From NCBI GenBank assembly GCA_963777315.1, contig CAVZQC010000006.1, positions 1 to 64,000 of the forward strand: a DNA stretch of 64,000 nt, written 5' to 3'. Under the pieces are notes generated by a model that made no database searches, was not told the DNA's origin, and worked only from the letters and a program-made list of their open reading frames with translations. Origin of the DNA: Vulcanimicrobiota bacterium (GTDB taxonomy: Bacteria > Vulcanimicrobiota > Vulcanimicrobiia > Vulcanimicrobiales > Vulcanimicrobiaceae). The position numbers and the translations under genes were made by a program. Shown one piece after another: positions 1-9,679 of the stretch. Positions within the stretch are counted from its first letter, which is position 1, and each line of letters opens with the position of its first letter.

Positions 1-9
1 AGACGCGCG

Positions 10-45
10 GAAGACGAGCACAGCGCCGAAGACGAGCATAGCGCC
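10..45 (+). repeat. 18-bp tandem repeat (GAAGACGAGCAYAGCGCC x2) at the 3' end of a gene entering from the left (…EDEHSA EDEHSA DH*, TAA 52-54)
   Basis: Direct reading: units 10-27 and 28-45 differ at one synonymous position; in-frame stop at 52-54. Confidence 0.6.
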
Positions 46-434
46 GACCATTAATGCGGACTGGAAGTCATCGATGATTTCCGATGCCGCAATAAGCGCT
101 CGCTGGCGACGTTCGCCGTATTTGCGGCCGACAAAATCGCGCGGTATTTCGTCTTCGCCGAATGCGCGCTTTGCATTCGTCACGTATCGCGATGGAGTTC
201 GTGGTATTTCTTGGCACGGCGCCACGCGCTTGCGTCATTACGCGGATGCGCGTCCACCTTCTTGCCTGGTTCGTAAAAGCGCAACGGTCGATCAATGACG
301 GCTCGGATGCCCAGCAACGATCCGAAAAACTCGACGACGTTGTCGACGATTGCTTCCACGATATTAGGTGCGTACGGATCGCGCACGTCACGCGTGTTTT
401 CGGCAGACAAACTGATTGCTGCACCGACGAAACC

Positions 435-1292
435 TCACGATACCTCGGCCGCAGCATAGAAACGCCGCACGCGCTTGACGAAGCGCTCATAGGTAGTGGG
501 ATCGTGATAGCCGGCATGGCGCTCGAACTCCACGCGTGAGATTCCTGCCTCCAGCGCGGCGATCATCGCGCCCCGACGGATCCCGCGCAGCGAGAGATCC
601 GGCACGCCCCCGGCGACCCCACGGGCTCGCACCAGCTTGCGTAAGACACAGTCGCTGATGGCTGCCGCCACTATCTCGTCACGGGCTACGCGTGGAAACA
701 GCGGTCCTCGGTATGACTCGCCCAAATGGAGCAGGAGCCAGCGTAGCGCGCGCGCCGGGCACAACGGGATGGCACGCTCCAAACGCGGGATCAAGAGCTG
801 TCGCGCGCAGCGTCCCGGAACGGTGAACAGGATACCCGATGGCACGGGCGCGAGCCAATCGGTGTGCGCGTCGCGCGCTTCCTGCGGCTCTAGCCAGGCC
901 GCGGCACTGGTAAGGAGCAGCGCGCGATCACGGGCACCGGCCAGCGTCCGGACATCGATCATCCGAACGACCGCCGCGAGCTGATCCCGCGTCGTTGGTG
1001 TGATGTAGCGGAACGCGCCGCGGGCGCCCCGCTGCGCGCGCTCGAGCACCACGCGCAGCTGCGCGGGATCTAGATGGTGGTAGCCGCGCAGCTCTTGCAC
1101 CCAAATGACGGACCGCAGGTAGCTGCACAGGGTGCGGCCGCTGCAGCTCGGCGCGCGTGCGAACAAATACGTCGCGATCGTCTGCGCGCTCGCCGGGCAC
1201 GCGCACTCGTTGCGAGTGCGGCAGAAGGCTTCGAACATGCGCCACACCGTCCAATTGGCGTGCATGCCCCGCTCGGTCGACCGTGCACTCAT
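435..1292 (-). CDS. Cre-like tyrosine recombinase paralogue with degenerate active site
   Basis: Start ATG 1292 overlaps the upstream stop (ATGA). Integrase SAM-like N-term (CPASAQTIATYL), RDRALLL, LCPARAL, GIRRG. Catalytic positions appear substituted. Confidence 0.75.
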   Translation of the reverse strand: MSARSTERGMHANWTVWRMFEAFCRTRNECACPASAQTIATYLFARAPSCSGRTLCSYLRSVIWVQELRGYHHLDPAQLRVVLERAQRGARGAFRYITPTTRDQLAAVVRMIDVRTLAGARDRALLLTSAAAWLEPQEARDAHTDWLAPVPSGILFTVPGRCARQLLIPRLERAIPLCPARALRWLLLHLGESYRGPLFPRVARDEIVAAAISDCVLRKLVRARGVAGGVPDLSLRGIRRGAMIAALEAGISRVEFERHAGYHDPTTYERFVKRVRRFYAAAEVS

Positions 1293-2257
1293 TCGAAATA
1301 CGGGCGCGCGGCGTTGCCCACACTCCGCTGGCGATCGACGTATTCCCAGCTCGTTTTGGAGTCCTTGTGCCGCAGCGTCTCTTGGACGGCGCTGATATCG
1401 CCCGTTCGCTCGTACTGATCGCTGGCGCGCCCGCGGCGGAAGCTGTAGGGGGTGTGGCCCGGACCCAGGTCCAGCAGCGCCGCGTAGGTCGCCACGATCC
1501 AGCGCAGGCCGCCCGGTCCGAGGCGCCGGGGCAGCACGTGATCGCCGCGTGTGATCGGACACAGGATCGGCCCGCGCGTCATTCCCGAGCGCCGCTGCCA
1601 GCCCTCGAGCAGAGTGATCGGGCAGTAGCGCTTATCAGGGTGACGACGCAGCGTGACCTGCTGGCCGCGCCCGCGCTGATCGCCCTTGGAGCGCGGAATG
1701 TTGATTACCCACAGGTGCGGCGTGCGCACCACGTGCTCCCAGCACGCATCGCTCACTTCGGCGGTCCGCGGCGCGCTCGCGTAGGCGAGTGCGAAATAGG
1801 CGGCGTCGCGCGCAGCCCGGTTTGGCGGATAAGCCTCCTGTGCGAGGTCGATCATCGCGTGCACCTGCGCTTGCGAGAGCGGCGCCGCTTTTTGAATGCG
1901 GTGCAGGCTGCGTTGGCGCTTGAGCAGCGCGCGCAGTTCCGGACCATTAAAGCGTTCGCAATCATTGGAGACGTGCAGGCAGGAGAGAGCGGAGATGAAG
2001 CGTGCGATGCTCGGGTAGCTCGCGCCGTGCTCGTCGATGCACTCGATGAGGTAAGCGATGACATCCTGGTCGCACGCGGGCAGAGCGCAGCGCTCGTTTT
2101 TCTCGCACCAAGCCAACCAGGGTGCAAGAGCGGCTTTGTAGAGCGCGATAGTGTCGGCTTGTTGCAGCGGCGCCAGGTAGTGGTCCAGGCGCGCATCGGG
2201 CTGCGCGCGGCGGTCCAGCTCGCGGCAGTAGGTCGCGCGGCGAAGCGGCATCAGCAT
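1289..2257 (-). CDS. Tyrosine recombinase (Cre/TnpS-like)
   Basis: RDAA..APRTAEV (R), PRSKGDQ (K), YCPITLL, YSFRRG (R), LRHKD (H), WEYV (Y nucleophile). Confidence 0.85.
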   Translation of the reverse strand: MLMPLRRATYCRELDRRAQPDARLDHYLAPLQQADTIALYKAALAPWLAWCEKNERCALPACDQDVIAYLIECIDEHGASYPSIARFISALSCLHVSNDCERFNGPELRALLKRQRSLHRIQKAAPLSQAQVHAMIDLAQEAYPPNRAARDAAYFALAYASAPRTAEVSDACWEHVVRTPHLWVINIPRSKGDQRGRGQQVTLRRHPDKRYCPITLLEGWQRRSGMTRGPILCPITRGDHVLPRRLGPGGLRWIVATYAALLDLGPGHTPYSFRRGRASDQYERTGDISAVQETLRHKDSKTSWEYVDRQRSVGNAARPYFE

Positions 2258-2292
2258 GGGGCACCTGCGGCGCGCGTACCCGTAGCGTGCGC

Positions 2293-2317
2293 TTTAGCAT
2301 AAAGGTTTTGTGCTGAT
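2293..2317. promoter_or_regulatory. dif/res-like inverted repeat upstream of the recombinase pair
   Basis: TTTAGCATAA-AGGTT-TTGTGCTGAT; left arm is one mismatch from the XerD arm (TTTAACATAA). Confidence 0.4.
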
Positions 2318-2803
2318 AAGCATACCGCAGGACATCGGTACAGCGCTAGCGTTTTGCGGCGATCGCTGTGACGATTATGATGACGCTTTTGGATCATTGA
2401 ATGACCCCTTCACGTTCGAGATGCTGGCGATAGCTGCACATCTCATGATATTCACGCCGGTTCTCGAATAACGACAAAAACTTTAGTGCATTGCAGCTTT
2501 TTGTCACAACGCTTTCGAGGGCTAATGAGCGGAACGCCATGCAGCACCATAAGGTGACACCACGAGTATCGGCTTATCTTTCAAGACGACGGTGGCTCGA
2601 CTGCACTTCGCGCGAAATGCGCGTGTGCCTAACATGCGACCGGTAAAACATGGCGCCACTTTACGACACTTTGCAAGCATCGCGCAAGCAATGCAAAGCG
2701 CTGTACCACCGTGTAGAGCCGCGCACAACCTTGTGCAGCGCTCTAGGTCTGCAGTATTTTCGTAGATTTTGTCATGCCGCGGCGGAGAACCGGTGAAAGG
2801 GAT

Positions 2804-3319
2804 TTGGCGAACGACGTAACGCTTGTGCTGACAGTACAAGAGGTCGGAAGATATCTCGGGCTGTCAGAGGCATCGGTCTACCGCGCCCTTCGCCACGGGG
2901 AGATTCCCGCCGAGCGTGTTGGAGGAACGTGGTTGATTCCTAAAACGGTGTTCTTCTCGAAATTTGGCTCGCCGGCCAGTGCGCGAAAAGTGCATGGATC
3001 ATCTCAGGCAGTGGTCGCACCTGTAGACGCAGCCGATACTCGGCCCGCGCCGCGCGAAGCCGCCAAAGTCCGTGCGGCGCATCGTGCTGAGAAAATCGAC
3101 AGTGCGTTGCATGGCGGCGCGGAGAGAAACCTCATGAGCACCACTCACGTGTCCGCAAAGTTGGCCGCAGAGATGCTCGACTGCACACCGCGGTACGTCC
3201 GCGAATTCTACTGCGCAAACGGTCTGCTGCGCTATCGCATGAAAGGTAAGATTTACCTCATCGAAGTCGCCTCGATTCAGGAGCTGATTCGTCGCGAGAC
3301 AAAGGGCTGCGACCCCTAG
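2804..3319 (+). CDS. Excisionase-family (HTH_17) DNA-binding protein with two HTH units
   Basis: LTVQEVGRYLGLSEASVYRALRHGEIPAERVGGTWLIP and VSAKLAAEMLDCTPRYVREF…KGKIYLI; TTG 2804 after GAAAGGGA; second RBS+ATG at 3134. Confidence 0.75.
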   Translation: MANDVTLVLTVQEVGRYLGLSEASVYRALRHGEIPAERVGGTWLIPKTVFFSKFGSPASARKVHGSSQAVVAPVDAADTRPAPREAAKVRAAHRAEKIDSALHGGAERNLMSTTHVSAKLAAEMLDCTPRYVREFYCANGLLRYRMKGKIYLIEVASIQELIRRETKGCDP

Positions 3320-3552
3320 TGCTGGCATCGGCGCGAGGGCGCAAAAGACGTCCAGAGCCGCAAACGCAGCCGCTCCTTATTGAGAACGCAGCCGCTGTGG
3401 AGGCGCTGCTGGGCCTGCGTGATCGCATCGAACAGCGCTGGGCGTCGGAGAACCACGAAAGCCCGCCTGTCACTGCCACTAACAATCCATCGCGAGGCGT
3501 TACTCGCCGTCATGCTAACTCGCATAGAAACCGCGTGCCGAAAAGCATATGA
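3319..3552 (+). CDS. Small hypothetical protein
   Basis: 77-aa ORF between excisionase and integrase, start abuts the previous stop; no motif. Confidence 0.3.
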   Translation: MLASARGRKRRPEPQTQPLLIENAAAVEALLGLRDRIEQRWASENHESPPVTATNNPSRGVTRRHANSHRNRVPKSI

Positions 3553-3644
3553 CGCGTAATGGGCGAAGAGCCGGTGGAGGCGAAATGAATCATGGCCACG
3601 GCTCACCTCCCTCCCGGTACCTTCAACGGCGTAGGTGAATCACC

Positions 3645-5406
3645 ATGATACCGGCGACGGGTATCCATGTCGTGGATGCGTTATACCGCGTATCTACACG
3701 TGCGCAAGAAACTGAAGGCGAATCCCTCTTCAACCAACGTCGCGAAGTCGAAGAAAAATGGGCGGTTCCGAACGGAATCGTCGTACGCAAACGTATCGCC
3801 GTCGCGGAATCCGGGAAGGGCGCGCTGCAACTCTCTGGAGCCGGCTTCTCCTTCAACCGCCGTGCCGAGTACACGGAGCTCGATTGTTGAGTATCAGAAC
3901 ATGCCCGCGGCACAGCGACCCGATGCGATCGTCATCGATTGGGCCGACCGGTGGAGCAGGAACGTATTGGAATACGCAGCCCTCACCACCGCGTTTCGCA
4001 TGCTCAATATCCGACTACTTGCGATTGGTGATGGACTCGATCTCACCGATCCGCGCAATGATCTTGTAACGCATGTAAAGGCCGCGATCGGACAAGAGCA
4101 GCTGCGCATCACGAAAATGAAGGTCAGTGAGGCGCGCCGTTCTCGCAGGGAGCGTGGTAAGTGGCAAGGCGGCGCGCCGCCGGATGGCTACCGCACGCAC
4201 GAACGGCACTGTTCCGGATTAATTCAAACGCAGCGTGAGGCGCCCGGTGGCCAACAGCACACCGTTAGAGTGCGTGCTTGCAGATGTGATCCTACTGTGT
4301 TGCATCGCGATCCCGATCGCGAAGCTACGCTTACGTTTATCTGGAAACTACTGCAGACGTCGCCACTTTCGTGGGCTGCCATGGCCGATGAAGTAAACGA
4401 ACGAGGTTTTCGCCGCCCGAATGGCACGCCGTTTCGATGGAACGACTTATACCGCATCGGTGAAAATCCGCATTACGCCGGCGGCCTTGCGACGGACCGG
4501 TGGGACCGCGATATACACGATGGCCGGATCAAAAAGCGCAAGCCCCTTGTTCACCAGACTGTTCTTTGGGAAGCCGAGTGTATACCGGAGCCCTACATAT
4601 CGCGCGAAACGTTTGAGGCCGTCTACAGTCGGCGGTTCAACAAGATAACACGAAACTTGCCCCGCTCAGCTCGTGGAAATGTTTCCGAATTGCTGGGTAT
4701 CCTGTACTGTCCCGAATGCCGCCGCGCTATGGCGTCGCTGACAAGCTTTGCACCATTATTGGACAAGAAAGGCCGCCAACGGAAAGGACCTCGGAAAAAA
4801 TATCCCAATATGCAGTGTTCGCATGCCAAGCAGTATCATCCAACGTGCGGAAACAACAAGCAGGTTCGCGTTGAAACAATCTCCCGGCTCATCATCGAGC
4901 AGATTTCAAGTGTTGCTCGACTCTCCGACAGCGCAATACTTGCCGCTCTAAAAATACAGAGAAGCGAAAGTTCGCTGCGGACGCTGGAACACGAGCGGAG
5001 GCGACTATTTGAGAGCATTGTGCAAATGGACGCACTGCGGCGGACCATCCAGCGAATGGTGGCGTCCGGTGCACAATCGCACGACGACGGGGAGCGCGAT
5101 CTGTTCCACCATCAACGCCAGCGCGCACACATCGATGCTCGTCTTCGCGAAATCGATCTCGAAATGTCGAGGCAGCATGCTAAGCCGGATTTTGAGCGTG
5201 CTCGCCATATTATCGAATGGCTCGCCGCAAACTGGGGCAACATGACCGTACGCGAAAAAGCTGAAGCGCTACGATTGCTCGTTTCCCGTGTTACCTATGT
5301 TCCCAACGCCACAGCGCATCCGGTGGTGATACGCATCGAAGAGTATGGCCCGGCTTTTCTGCAGTCTGCGACTGCCCAAGGCACCGCGGCGCAAAAACGT
5401 GCTTAG
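3645..5406 (+). CDS. Large serine recombinase (integrase), frameshift near 3883
   Basis: Catalytic LYRVST…Q…SL..Q and ESG in 3645-3890; DRWSRN, GGAPPDGY, NPHYAG and zinc ribbon LLGILYCPEC in 3667-5406; one extra base joins the two frames. Confidence 0.85.
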
Positions 5407-5642
5407 CGCAACGGGTGCGCGGCTGCAAAGCATATCGCTCTTGTAGGCGTTACTTCGCGAAAATTACTGGCATCGCCCAAATTTACACTGCTTGGCTCGA
5501 TAGCAATCCTGATACATTGAAAAGAATCGTCGGCCAGGAACGGTAACTTTGCGCCCAAGCAGTGCCGGCTAGAATCGCTCTACGCAACCCCCGCCTCGGC
5601 AATTTGTGAAACGCAGCAACCCAGCGGGAGCGAAAGCAGTCG

Positions 5643-5671
5643 GTTAATCAGTGGGTCGCTGGTTCGGCCAG
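5643..5671 (+). other. Degenerate tRNA 3'-half (Asn/Lys-like), probable att remnant
   Basis: GTTAATCAGTGGGTCGCTGGTTCGGCCAG = anticodon-loop end, variable arm, T-stem CTGG/CCAG with shortened TTCG loop; no 5' half. Confidence 0.55.
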
Positions 5672-5851
5672 AATCCTAAGTCACATCAACACGCCGAATC
5701 CCTCGTGAAAACGGCATTCTGTTTTTATCATGTCAGCCATGGTCGGGCAGAAAGGTTGATGGCACAGACGTAGTACGGTTACTACACGGACCCGTCGCAA
5801 CAGGCCACTCCGTCTCCCTGGTGCTCCCACCCATGTGAAACCATCGACGCC

Positions 5852-7383
5852 TTAGATGTAATGCTTAAACGGCAGCGCAGGAGCACTTAAATGAGGGGCA
5901 GCCACCAAAATCTCTCCGACCATGTCCGCAAAATTTATCGTGACCGGTAAGCTGACGTTTAGTACGCAAGCATTAAAGTTTAAGCTTCGTAAGAGCGAGC
6001 ACATCTAAAACCACAGTGTCTATAGAGCATTGACCCTTAACGACTTTCACCTCAACTGGATTCGGTGTCTCCGGGCCAAGATAGGTGCTGAGGCGTGCAA
6101 CAAATCCCGTCGTCCAGACGAGTGCCGCGCGATCGCTCAACTTCAACATGGTGCCACGTGCAGCAGGGTATCGTCCCATGCGAAACAACTTAGTATCGTT
6201 CGCCGGCTTGATCCTTACTCCGACCAGCATAGTTTCCTTTGGCACAGCCTGCTTGGAATCCAAGCCACTCTTCCTCGCTGAACTCGGATTTTGCATGCAG
6301 AAATAACTCGCGCGGAGCTGCACCTCGGTGATCCCTTCTGTAAGCCTGAATCACCATCTCGGTTAAGTTCTTTGCCTCGTCAGTCGAGAGGTGGAACTGT
6401 TTTAGGTCGCTGTTGTACCAAGGGCCCATTGCACCGCGGAATACGACGCCATCGCCATCGCTAAGAAACATTTGTGCGGCGCAGCATGCGTAAGATCCCT
6501 TTGCGTCCGAGCTGGTCTTCTTATAAGTAATTCCGACATAGCAAACGCCATCACGAACATTTAGCACCCGCCATGGGAGGCCGCCGACTTTATAGTAGGC
6601 TGCGGTACACAGGTTCCATGCGAGGTTCGCGCGGTCAAGAGCACCAGGAAGCAGCGGCCGTTGAAGCCCGTCCGTGAATGCAGCTGGCTCCAGCACTGGC
6701 TCCCTGATAATCTGCGTAACAGTCTGTGATGCCAACAGCCGCGCTTTAAGCTGGCGCCTAAAGTCGAGAACATAATCATATATCTCAGCTTGTCGAGCAT
6801 CTTCAGGAAACAAGGTCGGCGTCGTCGCCAATGATCGAGCAAACTTTTCGCTTATAGTAACGGTTTGTGGCAGCCGATCTGCCACCGGAACGGTGGCCTT
6901 GGGACGGCAAAGACGATATACTATTTCAGGCACGACGACAAACCATAGTGGTATCGGTACTTCGAGGCGGCGACGTGCTTCCTCAAGGCGGCTAACAAAA
7001 ATGTCTACTGTCTTGTAGACCGCTTCGTGTCTGTTTTCGATTCTAGCCGCTGAATCGATTTCCCATTCTTCGATATCGTCTATGACTTCAACTGGATCAT
7101 TTGGCCAAACGGCACCGAAGACTTCGGCGAATCCAGGAAAGCACACGTGATGAGGAGATTCATTGGGCGGCTCAATGAACCCAGTAACTTCCTTAGACCA
7201 GAGCCGGAAACGCCTAAGCGCGCTGCGCGTTCCGATGATTCCGTAGTTGATTTGTTTAATTCTTTGCGCCTGATCGACGGGCCCGAACAGAAAAAGCCCA
7301 TCTCGCGGATATTCCATGGCTTGGCCATGGCCGAACCTTAGCTTGGGCTCCTTTATATGTGCCAGCCTTCGCGCAAAGCTCAT
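5852..7383 (-). CDS. ago: Short prokaryotic Argonaute (MID-PIWI) of SPARTA type; two frameshifts (~6260, ~5980)
   Basis: EPKLRFGHGQ…PRDGLFLFGP, YYKVGGLPW, VCYVGITYKK, ACCAAQMFLSDGDGVVFRG..GPWY, RGT, ALTKL[N]FNAC…LPVTINFADMVGEIL…PFKHYI* (TAA 5852-5854). Confidence 0.9.
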
Positions 7384-8831
7384 GAAGGACGCCCACCTTC
7401 GGTCACTTCATCTTCTGCGTCGACGTCGCCCAAGTTATCGAAGTCCTCATCGTCGATGTCATCGTAAATCGACTCGCTCAAATAATCGTATTCTTCATCA
7501 GGTTCCTGATCTGCACGTTGATCCGTGGACGCCGGTATGGAGACATTAGAGCTAAAGCACATTCCCGGCAAACTTAACCGTAGCGACTGTTCTGGAGCGA
7601 TCGGCACGAGAATCTCGTGTTTCGATTCACTCAAAAATGACAATCCAGCAAATAAAACGTCTCGCCACTTATCGTTATACCAGGACCTAGCAAACCTTCG
7701 TCGTCTGTTTGTACTCCTTTGGGTCGTCAAATGCAAACCGTCGGAGGAAAACATTACGCGCTGGATAACGCGCACGTGCGTTACCGGGCTCCATCTCGGC
7801 CTGAAGGACAGCGCTTGATGCCAGCGTCCCTTCTTCCAGACTCCCTGGATCTGGCGTTTTCCGCCGAGCGACGAAAAATTGAACTTTACCAGACCGCTCG
7901 GTCCGTGATTGATGTCTAGCCACCAGCATCGTATGTTCTCGCTGTAATGCTCGATGTAGCCTCGGCTAGCGAGAAGCGAGTCAATTGCGGACGATACAAG
8001 TTGAGAGCAGAGAGCTTGAGCACGAAAAAACTCTATGTTATATCGCCGCCACCCGTCCCTAAGAAACTCCGCCGAGGATATCATAGCGGGTCCTGTAGTC
8101 ACGTGACGCGTCGTTTTAGGCAGACCTTCGGCGGGCGGCACGAAGGACAACAGCCCCTCACCGAACGCAACATAGGGCCATCCTGTAAGTCTCGTATAAC
8201 TATCAAACGATGAGCCATCGCCTGGCGAGAGGCTCGCATCATAGCGCCAGAGGAACTTCGGCAGTCCTGACATTGGAAGCCAATTTGAGACGAGCAATTC
8301 TTTCCGTGGCTGCAGCCGCGTGCCGCCCCTTAGTTGCAGGTTACGCCAGCGATCAATCGTGCGAGACGAGCTCTTAGGCACGTTATAGGCGTCAAGTGTT
8401 TCGACGAGTTCTGATAGGCCTTGAGCCCAACTTCGATCAAAGGGAACATATTGCTGCCGTGCAGTGAGAAAAGTCGCGTCGTGTTCCTCAAGGTGCAGCG
8501 GGATGATGAAGTCTGGATCTCTGAGCGCCTTTCGCACTTGATCTGCAATTATAATCTCGCTTCTGACGCCATCCTTATCCGTCGCCGCCTTGGTGCCAAC
8601 AAAAAGAACCTTGCAGGTATCGTCGCGAATTATTCTTTCTATGCTGCGTTCCCATTCCTGACCGCCCTTAAGTTTAAGGACGTCCGCCCAAACGTCGTAG
8701 CCAAAGGCCGACAGGCGTGCGCCCAACCACTTCACAAATGCGTTGTCTTCCGGATTTGCGTGGCATAAAAAAACAACACTTCTCTTAGGAGTGGATCTTG
8801 ATGGCGTATGGTCGCTGTTCAGATTTTTCAT
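7380..8831 (-). CDS. TIR-APAZ effector (NADase) of SPARTA
   Basis: TIR: VFLCHANPEDNAFVKWLGARL…GYDVWAD, GVRSE (catalytic Glu); APAZ-type SNW and C-terminal SWYNDKWRD; ATGA overlap with pAgo. Confidence 0.9.
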   Translation of the reverse strand: MKNLNSDHTPSRSTPKRSVVFLCHANPEDNAFVKWLGARLSAFGYDVWADVLKLKGGQEWERSIERIIRDDTCKVLFVGTKAATDKDGVRSEIIIADQVRKALRDPDFIIPLHLEEHDATFLTARQQYVPFDRSWAQGLSELVETLDAYNVPKSSSRTIDRWRNLQLRGGTRLQPRKELLVSNWLPMSGLPKFLWRYDASLSPGDGSSFDSYTRLTGWPYVAFGEGLLSFVPPAEGLPKTTRHVTTGPAMISSAEFLRDGWRRYNIEFFRAQALCSQLVSSAIDSLLASRGYIEHYSENIRCWWLDINHGPSGLVKFNFSSLGGKRQIQGVWKKGRWHQALSFRPRWSPVTHVRVIQRVMFSSDGLHLTTQRSTNRRRRFARSWYNDKWRDVLFAGLSFLSESKHEILVPIAPEQSLRLSLPGMCFSSNVSIPASTDQRADQEPDEEYDYLSESIYDDIDDEDFDNLGDVDAEDEVTEGGRPS

Positions 8832-8887
8832 TCTATCTCCACGGCACGGCGACTAGCGCATTCTCACATCGTTGTGGCGGTTTTGCA

Positions 8888-9679
8888 TCACTGTTTTGAT
8901 TCACTTAATGTGTGCTGATGAATTAGCGCTATTATGTGTTCGTGGATGCGCGCGGGCGCGTCACCGCCGCGTATGAGCAAGCCAAGTTCGATATTTGCGG
9001 AGATCGCATTCTCTGTGAGGTTTGCGCTCGTCGTGAGCGCCGTCCGGCCGTCCACAATTATCGCCTTGGCGTGCAGCAGGGCGCCCCAAGGGCGCCTTTC
9101 GATTGGCCACGCGTAGAACTTCACGTTCGGGTACGCCGCAAGCGTGTCAAATGCAGCCGCAGCGTCTGTATATAGGCGTCCGTCGCTGTCTTCTCTCGAC
9201 TCTAGGATGAAGTGCATCCTGACACCGCGGCGAGCCTTTTCTTCAAAGATATCCAGCGCGTCAGTGATGCGAAAAGCCGCAAACGAGATGACAACGATCT
9301 CTTCTTCTGCCGATCGAATTAACTCGAGCAGTACCGGTGCGGTACGGCGAATGGCTGACTCCGTACCCGGGCCGGTCCAGACCACATCGATGCTTTGCTT
9401 TTGAGTATCGTACTTAACGGCGGCCAAACCGCATTCGATCCCTAGCCCTAATGCACTCGCCGACAGGTTTGGATCGATGCCGCGAACGTCGCGGACAAAC
9501 GACGATAAGAGATCACGGGCAGCGTCGTTATTTACTGCGCGCATGATCCGAAGAGCGTTGACTTCCTTGAGATCTTGGTGCTCATGCAGCACGTCTATGA
9601 ACCGGCGCACAAAGTCTTCAGAAAGGCTTTGAACTAGGTCAAGAACACAATTGGCAATTTTGGCCTCACTCGCGAGCAA
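8888..9679 (-). CDS. drmC: DISARM phospholipase D-family nuclease DrmC
   Basis: VVWTGP, LHAKAIIVD…TSANLT…NIELG; likely TTG start at 9679 overlapping drmB end. Confidence 0.85.
   Translation of the reverse strand: MLASEAKIANCVLDLVQSLSEDFVRRFIDVLHEHQDLKEVNALRIMRAVNNDAARDLLSSFVRDVRGIDPNLSASALGLGIECGLAAVKYDTQKQSIDVVWTGPGTESAIRRTAPVLLELIRSAEEEIVVISFAAFRITDALDIFEEKARRGVRMHFILESREDSDGRLYTDAAAAFDTLAAYPNVKFYAWPIERRPWGALLHAKAIIVDGRTALTTSANLTENAISANIELGLLIRGGDAPARIHEHIIALIHQHTLSESKQ

Noticed and set aside
68..539. Short overlapping ORFs at the left end
   Set aside because: No motif or clear RBS; cannot choose a real frame
5620..5700. Functional tRNA gene
   Set aside because: No 5' half or acceptor stem and a shortened T-loop; kept only as an att-like remnant
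5852..7383. Programmed frameshifting or pseudogenisation of pAgo
   Set aside because: No slippery heptamer at either break; the same indel type is scattered across the window
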